From positions 64,001 to 128,000 of the forward strand of contig JBHLMN010000002.1 in NCBI GenBank assembly GCA_048938105.1: DNA of 64,000 nt. The letters run 5' to 3'. The notes beneath the pieces were generated by a model, which did no database searches, was not told where the DNA came from, and saw only the letters and a list, made by a program, of their open reading frames with translations. This stretch comes from Promethearchaeota archaeon. Lineage in GTDB: Archaea; Asgardarchaeota; Heimdallarchaeia; Hodarchaeales; Hodarchaeaceae. The position numbers were made by a program, and so were the translations under genes. Positions within the stretch are counted from its first letter, which is position 1. The number at the start of each line of letters is the position of its first letter. Below, one piece after another: positions 46,537 to 55,254 of the stretch.

Positions 46537-48990
46537 TCACTTCATCATTTTTTTTAGGTATGCTATTTCAAGTAAAAGACTCAAATAGATTTCTTGCAGG
46601 AACACTTCATATTCATCCAGAGATTTTAGACCTAATGTATCTAAAACCAAAAGATCTAATCTTTTACGGGGTTTGAATTTTTTTCCAACAAATTTCTCAA
46701 ATTCTGGGAATTGAACCTTCAATAAATCATAATCCTGAATTCTTATTTCTGAAATTGGAATATTCATTGCCAATTGTTGCCATAAAGGAGGAAAAATTTC
46801 GTCCTTTATTTCATCAAATAACTGATAATAAGGGAATTTGTTTTCAGCGGTCCAAGTAAGAATATTAGGCAATTTCAATTCTTCAATGACATATTCATGT
46901 AGCTGCATCCAAGTGCCTCGTGTTTCGACCCTATTTAGGAAAATTTGGAGTATATTGATTATACTATTAAAATAAAGACAAAGAATTTTTGCTTCCTCTA
47001 TTGAAAGATCTAGGATACTCCACATGACTCCAGGGGGAGCTCTTTTTTCTCTACTGAAGAAAGAAAACAGAAAAGTCCCTGAAGCACTGAGGTCAAATCG
47101 ACGTGCAATCATAAGATTAGTAATTCGTTCTTCAACATAGAGTTTCCATTTTTTAAGCTTAGTAGAGGTTAATTTCTCGTTGATCATTCTTCCTTCAACA
47201 AGAAAATCTTTGAGTTGTGGGAATGAAGATATAATAACAAATTCTTTCTTGTTACTAGTATCGAGTCTGTTTTCTCCTGTCATTCGACGTAAATGGGGAA
47301 TAAGGCAATCTTTTGGGATTTTGATTCTAAGGTTTGAGTTTCGATCGATAGCATATATATGTGTGTCAGTTTCACCGTTAAAGATCCAATTGTCCATTGA
47401 ACGCAAATAATTAGGATTAAATTCATTTATAACCATAGTTTGGATTTTAAAACCTTTTGAAGTTTCGATTCCTCGCTTGAAACAAGCTTTTCTTGCTTTT
47501 AGAAACATATTAAATGAAATCATTGTTTTTTGGTCGGAAATTTGATTCCATGTTTTGAGAAGATCAGATTGATGTGTTGCAGCAATAGGTAGAAATAGGT
47601 TATTAGGAGAAAGCTCTTCTCTGGGAACAATCCTAATTTTCCAAGAATCTGAAATTCCTCCGTTCCATTCTTTCCCCAAAAAATCAGTACTTTCTTGATC
47701 TTTGACTATAATATAGATGATCCTCGTTGTACGCTGGTTTTTCGTGGCAATTAACAATACTTCGCGAAAAGCTGTATTTTCTGAAAAATTCGGTTTATCT
47801 TGCTGACAGATGATATATTGAATATCGTACTGTTCCATTAGCCATTTTCTTATTTTATATGTGGTATTGATTCTTAGAAAACTCGCAGGAATGATTGCAG
47901 CTATTTTTCCTCCAGATCTGAGAAACTTATCAGCTAGTAGAAGAAAATAACAATAATAACTTGTTCTCTTGTCAATTAGAAATGAATATTTATAAAAAAC
48001 TTGTCTTAATTCATTTTTATATGATTTCCTGATTTTATTCAAATTTTCATGTCTAACAAAAGGAGGATTCATGATCACGAGGTCAACAAAGTCTAGGTGT
48101 AATTGTTTTGTAAATTTTATAGAGAAAATATTCTCTTTTTTTCCTGAAATCCGTCGAATCTTTGATTTGGGATCGACAAAAGCAGAATCACAGATGGCCA
48201 ATCTATTCTGACGAATTCCCCATATAGGAGCTTGAAGGGCGAGATGAGTGGCCGAAAGATGGACTGCAAAAGGCATTATATCAAGTCCAGTGATATCTGA
48301 AGACAAAAAGCGCTTATGATCCTCGATAGTGAATTTTCCTTTCTTTAATATTAATAATTCTTTTTTACGCTTATAGGAAGAGACCAATAAGGCCCCACTA
48401 CCACATGCAGGGTCAAGAATTGTTACAGAGGGATTATCAATTGCATAATAACTTAAAATATAAGCAGTCTTCATTCCAGAATAATAGGCTCCAATTTTTT
48501 TCCTAAGAGAAGGGGGAATTAAACTATTAAAAATCAGTACTAAGATTTCATATTGAAGTAATTCTGGTTTTAATCCCATAATAATTTTAATTATATCTTT
48601 CAAAAATTTGAAAGAGTAAGCATCCAGATTTTTTAATAAATTCTGTTTAAAAATCGGATCAGAAGTGACTTCCAAAGCTTTCTCAAAATAGTTCGCTAAT
48701 ACTTCTGAATTCTTAAGAGAATTCGTATTAATTTTAGGGAGATCTGCTCGTTTTTCACTCAGAACGAGATAGAAAGTAATTTGAGCGATCAATAAATACG
48801 CAGCACTTGTTTTTAAGGCATTATTTCTCTCCTTCTCACTCTCAATTGGGGTTCCAAGTTCACTACTAAACAAACTATAACTTATAAGCTGCGAGGGGAG
48901 TTTTAAGGATAAACTATTGATTATATTTCTGAAGATTTGAGGCAAATCATCCGGATTACTCTTCAAAGTACCCTTAAGTGAAATCAACAT
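46537..48990 (-). CDS. N6-adenine-type DNA methyltransferase (type IIG-like MTase+TRD)
   Basis: RKKIGAYY, ILDPACGSGALL, GLDIMPFA and VIMNPPF. Confidence 0.88.
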   Translation of the reverse strand: MLISLKGTLKSNPDDLPQIFRNIINSLSLKLPSQLISYSLFSSELGTPIESEKERNNALKTSAAYLLIAQITFYLVLSEKRADLPKINTNSLKNSEVLANYFEKALEVTSDPIFKQNLLKNLDAYSFKFLKDIIKIIMGLKPELLQYEILVLIFNSLIPPSLRKKIGAYYSGMKTAYILSYYAIDNPSVTILDPACGSGALLVSSYKRKKELLILKKGKFTIEDHKRFLSSDITGLDIMPFAVHLSATHLALQAPIWGIRQNRLAICDSAFVDPKSKIRRISGKKENIFSIKFTKQLHLDFVDLVIMNPPFVRHENLNKIRKSYKNELRQVFYKYSFLIDKRTSYYCYFLLLADKFLRSGGKIAAIIPASFLRINTTYKIRKWLMEQYDIQYIICQQDKPNFSENTAFREVLLIATKNQRTTRIIYIIVKDQESTDFLGKEWNGGISDSWKIRIVPREELSPNNLFLPIAATHQSDLLKTWNQISDQKTMISFNMFLKARKACFKRGIETSKGFKIQTMVINEFNPNYLRSMDNWIFNGETDTHIYAIDRNSNLRIKIPKDCLIPHLRRMTGENRLDTSNKKEFVIISSFPQLKDFLVEGRMINEKLTSTKLKKWKLYVEERITNLMIARRFDLSASGTFLFSFFSREKRAPPGVMWSILDLSIEEAKILCLYFNSIINILQIFLNRVETRGTWMQLHEYVIEELKLPNILTWTAENKFPYYQLFDEIKDEIFPPLWQQLAMNIPISEIRIQDYDLLKVQFPEFEKFVGKKFKPRKRLDLLVLDTLGLKSLDEYEVFLQEIYLSLLLEIAYLKKMMK

Positions 48991-49114
48991 ATTATATCCT
49001 TTATCTTCATTCTTTTTTCCAATTATTATGTGATTTCCGACAATAATCCTTTATCTTTGTTTTTTGGAGTTTCTTCAGCTCTTTAGAGGAAATGAAAAGG
49101 TGTTAAAACTGAAG

Positions 49115-49205
49115 TTTATAAAGGCACTTTATAAAGATATATCTTCCTTATAAAAGGTTAGAGGTATCATGTAGCTTTTTAAATCGAAATGTGTCACTTT
49201 ATAAC
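49115..49205. promoter_or_regulatory. Cluster of TATA-like T(T)TATAA elements in the divergent MTase/polB intergenic region
   Basis: TTTATAAA 49115-49122, palindrome CTTTATAAAG 49127-49136, CCTTATAAAAGG 49146-49157, CTTTATAAC at ~49197. Confidence 0.45.
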
Positions 49206-49390
49206 ACTTGATTCAGTAGAGGGGCTTTCTCCAAATAAGTTAATCTTGTATTTCATTAACATCAAGAGGATAATATCACCAAAATATCGTGAATTGAATA
49301 AAAGAACCTGTTTAATTCTCCGAAAATTGATCTTTAAAGAATTCAGCATTACTGTTTCAATTTATTTATTTAATTACTAGAGTAGATCAT

Positions 49391-52300
49391 ATGTCAAATC
49401 AAGGTCGAACGAAGACTTTTTATCAAGGCTACCGATCTTGGTTTCAACCATTTCGTTATAATGAACGAGAGAAGATACCTATTTTTGTATTGGATTATGA
49501 AACTCATAGTCAATGGGAAGATACACATGATTACACATCTCAATACGAAGATAGAGAGTATAGTAAAACGAAATTGATTAATGGGATCCAAATCTACTTT
49601 TTAGATGAAGACTATAAAAAGAGGAAAGCATTTTTAAGACATGAACCCTACTATTACCTATTACTTGAGGATGGATTATCACAGAAAGAAATCAATAAAG
49701 TAATGGCTCAGATTAGACAAGTTGAAGACAAACAAGTAATTAACGTAGAGAAAGGCGATTATTACGATGCAGCTGATCTTACATTTTTAAAAAGAAAGAC
49801 ATTTCTAAAAGTAACTGCAGATCGACCCAGGTCCGTGCCGAATCTACGTGTAAAAAGTGAAGAAATAACTGGAGTACAGGAATGGCGAGAAGCGGATGTA
49901 TTGTTTCATCATCGATGTGCAATAGATCATGATGTTCGAGTTGGAGCTTGGTACCTAGCTGAAATAAACCGAGGAGAAATCATTAATCTTTCTCCATTGC
50001 ATAATAAAACACCTCCTCAACTAAAAATTCTAGCATTTGACATTGAAACAGATTTTGAACAAACACGTGATCCTAATCCTAATAAAGACGAAATTTCAAT
50101 GATTTCACTTTTTACAGGTACTGAAAACAAATTACTTATTAACGCTGGAGTTGTCGAGACAAAGGATGTCAAAAATTTTGATATACTTCTTCGTCAAAAG
50201 GATGATGCTACCTATCCTAAACCATGGGTCGATTGGAAATACTCCAAAACACCAAAGGAAGTTATAGATGTAATTGAGAAATTTCCAATAGAAGTAATCA
50301 TAGTAAAGACTGAAAAAGAACTACTACAATTATTCTATCAATTTATCGATGATTATAGACCAGATGTTATCACAGATTTTTTTGGGGGCCGTTTTGATAT
50401 TCCTTTTCTTGCCATTCGTTCAGAAAAGCATAAAATTTCTTTTGAAAAAGAAACTGGATTTGAAATTAAATTTAGGCTCACAAGAAATCTGAGTCGAAAA
50501 GATTTACACCAGTATTATTCCTCAGCAAACATTGATCATGTTGCAGGAGCAGGCATCATTCATTTGGATGCTTATCTATTTAATGAGAAATATAGTTATC
50601 TCCCCAAAAAAGATCTTGGTTTAAAACCAAGTGTGGAGAAAAAACTGAAAATAATTCCTATCGGGAGAGAAGCTCTGTTAAACATTAAATCAGATCCAGT
50701 TTCAGCTGTTGCTTATTCTGGTAGCGATGGTTACATAACGTGGAAATATGTTCGAGAAATAGTCCTTGATTTTTTCATTTCAATGGGACAAATATTTCCA
50801 GTTCCAGCATCAGAATTATTAACACGGCGAGCAGGATCATTAGATGACCTTTTAATTGATGCAGAAGATTATAAACATCAGATAATAGGGAGAAGGAGAG
50901 TTGGGCAGAATGATATTGTTTCTTTTTCTCCAGGTATTGTCATTGAATCGTTAGCATACACAGGGGGTTTAGTTGAAGCTAAAAGACCAGGAATATGGCG
51001 AAGTGATCTCAATTATAGTTTTAAAGTTAATAAAATCTCGCTAAGAAATCTTAAGGAAGTTATTAGACGAGTAATTGAAAAAGAAAGCAATATTCTAGCT
51101 AAGAAAGTGATTAAAGAAGAATTTGAAAAACATCTTTTAGCTGAATTGGGGGAAGTTAAAGTGGAATACGCTGAAGATCCAGTACAGTTCTTAAAAGAGG
51201 TGGAGGTAGAACTCTTAAGAAATGGAATCCCACATCAGGAACTTAAACGACAACTAGATTCTATCAGGAATATCTTGGAGGAAATATCTTCATATCAACC
51301 CATAAATGTTGAAGAGGTTACTACGGATATTCTAGCACAAATAGAAAAATTATCTTCTTTAGATGGGATAACCCAGCTTAAGGGAGTCCACGTTGACGTT
51401 ACTTCCATGTATCCTTCCCAAATTCGCCAATATAAGTTACAACCTTCAGGAATTGTATCTCTTACTAAGTGTAGAATGTGTGAATTATATGAACCTGATG
51501 ATAGATGTTTCGTTGAAGGTGATTGGGTAATTAAACTTTCAGCGAATCGCCCATGTCGTTTTAAAGATAAAGGAGCAAAGAAATGTGCATCTTCAGTTTG
51601 TAACGCACAGAATGAAGCGAAATGTAAGAAGTATGATCCAATTCAAAATGGTATCACTCGTTCCCGTGAAATATTTACTTTTGATGGAAAAAAGACAGAA
51701 GCTTATATTCTTATAAATGGCTCGAAACTTGAAAAAGTTCCAGTAAGTCGTACGTATCTCGGAGCGAGTATCTTAAAAGATCCATTTGTTACCCTTCAAC
51801 AGTGGCTTCGTAACTCAGTAGAAGCAACCCAGCTCACAACCAAGCTAGCTGAGAATCATTTTGATATTTTTGAGGATACACAAGAAAATATTCAGCTCCC
51901 GAGTAATTCATTTCTGAGTCTAGATGTCAGAACTAAGAAAATGACTATATTATTATCTGTTCATTCACGTGTCTGTCAAAAGGCTTATAATTTTGTTGCT
52001 AGGATTATGGATGATTTCTTTAACACCCGAGTTCGGCATAAAATCGAAGCTAAACGGCTATCACAAATTATTTCTCAAAAATATAAAAATCAGTTCGTCC
52101 CCCCAAAATTATTGCGTCAACAAAAATTCCACGAAAGTACCCAGATTGGTATGAAAGTTCCTTTAAACAGTATCTATGGGCTTCTTGGCATGAAAGGAGG
52201 TGTTAGGAATGCGAGTATGCCATGCGCTGGGATTACAACGAAATTATCAGCTGATCTGATATTTTGGGCTGCGAATCAATTAGATCAAATAGGCTTAGTA

Positions 52301-55075
52301 ACAGAGTTGGATAGTTTAGACTACAATGAACGATTGATTCTAAAAGATCCCAATGATCTCATCAGAGTTCTTTCAATTGGAGAGTTAACGGATCACTGTA
52401 TTTCAGTAAATCAAATACATTCTTCTGATAAAGTGAGGAATGTCGATTACATTGTTGTACCTAAAGGATGGCAAGCTTTATCTGTTACAGATAGGGGAAT
52501 AACCGAATGGAAACCAATCTTAAAATGTGTACGCCAAAAAACCTCAAGAAAATTAACCAAAATAAAAACCCCATTTGGTTCTGTAAAAACAACTGAATCT
52601 CATAGTGTTTTTCATAATTTACAGGATAGAATTGAACCCATTGAAGTAAAAAAGTTAAAATCTGAATATATCACTCATATAAGTAAAATTCCACCAATAG
52701 AAAAAAAGGTCTTATTTATCGATTTTACCAAATTCAAACCTCCAGAACTCGATTTATATGTATTTGTACCTGTGAAAGATAATGTTAAAAGCAATTACCC
52801 AATTTCGAATATTAGGTACGATAGAAATTCGAAGAATAAAAGGACAGATTATTACAAAATTCAATTTAAAGATTTTAACGGAAATATTACGCCTGATACT
52901 ATTGTTGGAACAGAGAAAGGCTACAAATATCCTGCTCGGATTAAATTAGATGAAAATATTGCAGAATTGTGTGGATGGTTTGTAGCAGAAGGTAGTTCAG
53001 GTGTTTATAAAGATAAAATTAGTGTTGGTATCTCTCAGAAGGATGAAAAACGATTAAACCACATTAAAAAAATAATTGAAGATGTCGCTATTCACTTATT
53101 GACGCCTTTCAAGATTAAACCTTCTCTTTCTGACTCTAGATCCAATACAAAAAGACTTGCAATGGATAATATATTCTTCTACCATCTTTTCGAAATCCTT
53201 GGGTGTGGTCACGATGCTTTCGAAAAAAGAATACCTAAATTAATCTTATCTTCCTCAAATAAATTAAAGAAAGCTTTCTTGCGAGGATACTTTGGTGGAG
53301 ATGGGGACTTTCAAGGAAAAAGAAAAACATTTTGGACATCGAGTGATGGTTTAAGAGATGATTTATTTGTACTCGGCAAACAACTAGGATATATCATAAG
53401 TATTCAAGAGACAATATCAAGTTCTTCTGGAAATACAAGTCACATAATAAATTATATGGATAAAGACAATTGGAAAGCGGGTAGTAGATCACATTACGAT
53501 CATCTGGAATTAAATGATACAATTGGAATACAAAATAGATCTTTGAGTCAAGAGAACAAAACATCAAATCATGTCTACGATTTGTCTGTTTTAGATAATA
53601 ATAATTTTGTAGCCGCCAATGGTGGGATTGTATGCCATAATACTGATGGTATTTGGCTGTGGGTTCCTAAATTATTTCCATTAGAATTTTCTGTAACAAT
53701 TACCAACTCATATAGAGAAGATAAATTTAAGGTCTTCAAAGTCAGTCTTATAGATAAAATTCTCAATGAAAAAGTAGCAACATTTTCAAAAAACGATAAT
53801 TACTGGATAAATAATGGAGAAACAATTATACGGTCAAGTAAAAGCCTCATTCAATTTGAGCAAGATGGGCCTTATGATTTCCAATTTGTGATGGGGAAGA
53901 AGAAATATATTGTTTACAATTATAATCAGAAAAACCAAACATGGATAGAAAAGGAATTAACAGGGTTAGAATCAAAACGAGCGGACTTCTCAAAACTGCA
54001 AAAATATTTTCAAGAGAGAATCATTAATACTTTTTTAGATCAGTACAACCCAGATGATCCCATTACAATTGATCAGCTATATGAGAATGCGAATAGAGAA
54101 GCAGATCTAATTCGTACTGAGATGATTAATGGCCGGATGGATTCTAGTTATTTTGTCAAACCAAAGGCAATCAACAAACCGTTGAGAGCTTATAAATCAA
54201 AATTACCTCAAGTTTCTGCAGCATACATTTTGAAAGATCTTGGATATTCCGTGGATCCAGGTACCAGGATTCAGATGCTTAATATCAAAGGAAATCATGT
54301 TATACCTAGACAACTATTGGATTTTGATTTTAAAACAATAAAAAGGGTTCTAGTGAAACACGCTATCGCTAGTCTTAGTTTTATGTTAGGTGAACTCAGT
54401 ACGAAAGATGATTTACAAAAATTAATTGATGTTAATCAATATATTGAAGATATTTTTGGACCTGGACGAATTTACGATCGGATGATTCGATATCCAAAGG
54501 AATTTCAGCAATTAACACCACAAACTCAAAGGAAATTAGACTTAAATGAACTGAGAACAGTACAGCGGCAAAAAGTGAGAGATTACGATCTAAAGTTACC
54601 AAAAAAGAGTTTCAAGAAAAAACGAAGAACTATGAGAGTTAAAATAAAAAATGAAAAACAAGCTATTAATATCAAGACGTTTAAGCAAAAAAAGTTAGGA
54701 ACTCAGAGCTTAGATAATCTTTTTCAAAATGACAAGCAAGTAAATCAGCCTGAATCTGTTCCTATAGTTAAAAGAGTAAGTGATAAGAAAATTACTAGCT
54801 CTAAAAGTGATATTGAAGCTAAAGTATACCATCCGCCCTCTCAAGCCGTATTAATAACGACACCTAAGGGAACAGAAGGAAAAGCTCAGCTGATTTCTTC
54901 AGAAGAGATTCAAGAATTAGAAACAAACGAGATTTTCACAAATGGCAATAATGAATTAGAATTAGATACCCCAAAAGAAGAGCTTATGGTATGTTCGGAA
55001 TGTGGAGCTTTAGTAAATCCGTTGGAAATCACGAGTGAGGGGTGTACCTTTTGTGGAGGACAACGTCTTAGATAA
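49391..55075 (+). CDS. polB: Family B DNA polymerase, Pol epsilon-like, intein-containing
   Basis: ExoI LAFDIET; region II HVDVTSMYPS; region III KVPLNSIYG; region I ELD|TDGIW; blocks typical of Pol2/POLE; C-terminal CxxC..CxxC. Confidence 0.92.
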   Translation: MSNQGRTKTFYQGYRSWFQPFRYNEREKIPIFVLDYETHSQWEDTHDYTSQYEDREYSKTKLINGIQIYFLDEDYKKRKAFLRHEPYYYLLLEDGLSQKEINKVMAQIRQVEDKQVINVEKGDYYDAADLTFLKRKTFLKVTADRPRSVPNLRVKSEEITGVQEWREADVLFHHRCAIDHDVRVGAWYLAEINRGEIINLSPLHNKTPPQLKILAFDIETDFEQTRDPNPNKDEISMISLFTGTENKLLINAGVVETKDVKNFDILLRQKDDATYPKPWVDWKYSKTPKEVIDVIEKFPIEVIIVKTEKELLQLFYQFIDDYRPDVITDFFGGRFDIPFLAIRSEKHKISFEKETGFEIKFRLTRNLSRKDLHQYYSSANIDHVAGAGIIHLDAYLFNEKYSYLPKKDLGLKPSVEKKLKIIPIGREALLNIKSDPVSAVAYSGSDGYITWKYVREIVLDFFISMGQIFPVPASELLTRRAGSLDDLLIDAEDYKHQIIGRRRVGQNDIVSFSPGIVIESLAYTGGLVEAKRPGIWRSDLNYSFKVNKISLRNLKEVIRRVIEKESNILAKKVIKEEFEKHLLAELGEVKVEYAEDPVQFLKEVEVELLRNGIPHQELKRQLDSIRNILEEISSYQPINVEEVTTDILAQIEKLSSLDGITQLKGVHVDVTSMYPSQIRQYKLQPSGIVSLTKCRMCELYEPDDRCFVEGDWVIKLSANRPCRFKDKGAKKCASSVCNAQNEAKCKKYDPIQNGITRSREIFTFDGKKTEAYILINGSKLEKVPVSRTYLGASILKDPFVTLQQWLRNSVEATQLTTKLAENHFDIFEDTQENIQLPSNSFLSLDVRTKKMTILLSVHSRVCQKAYNFVARIMDDFFNTRVRHKIEAKRLSQIISQKYKNQFVPPKLLRQQKFHESTQIGMKVPLNSIYGLLGMKGGVRNASMPCAGITTKLSADLIFWAANQLDQIGLVTELDSLDYNERLILKDPNDLIRVLSIGELTDHCISVNQIHSSDKVRNVDYIVVPKGWQALSVTDRGITEWKPILKCVRQKTSRKLTKIKTPFGSVKTTESHSVFHNLQDRIEPIEVKKLKSEYITHISKIPPIEKKVLFIDFTKFKPPELDLYVFVPVKDNVKSNYPISNIRYDRNSKNKRTDYYKIQFKDFNGNITPDTIVGTEKGYKYPARIKLDENIAELCGWFVAEGSSGVYKDKISVGISQKDEKRLNHIKKIIEDVAIHLLTPFKIKPSLSDSRSNTKRLAMDNIFFYHLFEILGCGHDAFEKRIPKLILSSSNKLKKAFLRGYFGGDGDFQGKRKTFWTSSDGLRDDLFVLGKQLGYIISIQETISSSSGNTSHIINYMDKDNWKAGSRSHYDHLELNDTIGIQNRSLSQENKTSNHVYDLSVLDNNNFVAANGGIVCHNTDGIWLWVPKLFPLEFSVTITNSYREDKFKVFKVSLIDKILNEKVATFSKNDNYWINNGETIIRSSKSLIQFEQDGPYDFQFVMGKKKYIVYNYNQKNQTWIEKELTGLESKRADFSKLQKYFQERIINTFLDQYNPDDPITIDQLYENANREADLIRTEMINGRMDSSYFVKPKAINKPLRAYKSKLPQVSAAYILKDLGYSVDPGTRIQMLNIKGNHVIPRQLLDFDFKTIKRVLVKHAIASLSFMLGELSTKDDLQKLIDVNQYIEDIFGPGRIYDRMIRYPKEFQQLTPQTQRKLDLNELRTVQRQKVRDYDLKLPKKSFKKKRRTMRVKIKNEKQAINIKTFKQKKLGTQSLDNLFQNDKQVNQPESVPIVKRVSDKKITSSKSDIEAKVYHPPSQAVLITTPKGTEGKAQLISSEEIQELETNEIFTNGNNELELDTPKEELMVCSECGALVNPLEITSEGCTFCGGQRLR
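52313..53641 (+). mobile_element. Intein (443 aa) with LAGLIDADG homing endonuclease, at the pol-c site
   Basis: Begins SLDYNE after ELD; block B KTTESHSVF; LCGWFVAEGS and FLRGYFGGDG; ends VYDLSV..NNNF..VCHN, followed by Thr (TDG). Confidence 0.93.
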
Positions 55076-55254
55076 TAATTCACTTGACAATTAACCTTTT
55101 TCTTCAATTTATTTCAGCTACCGCAAAAATAGGGTTTTTAAATATAATAGGTAAAATTCATACACCCGAGTGTAAAAATAACAGGATAGAAATTCTTACA
55201 AGAAAACTACCATTGCTTTTTAAAGACCATATTTATGCAGAGGTTGATATTTAT

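Noticed and set aside
38056-48990. Complete BREX, DISARM or type I R-M system, or an integrated element
   Set aside because: No pglZ, helicase, hsdR/hsdS, integrase, tRNA or att repeats are visible.
49189-49380. 63-aa ORF upstream of polB
   Set aside because: AT-rich promoter-region sequence with no coding features.
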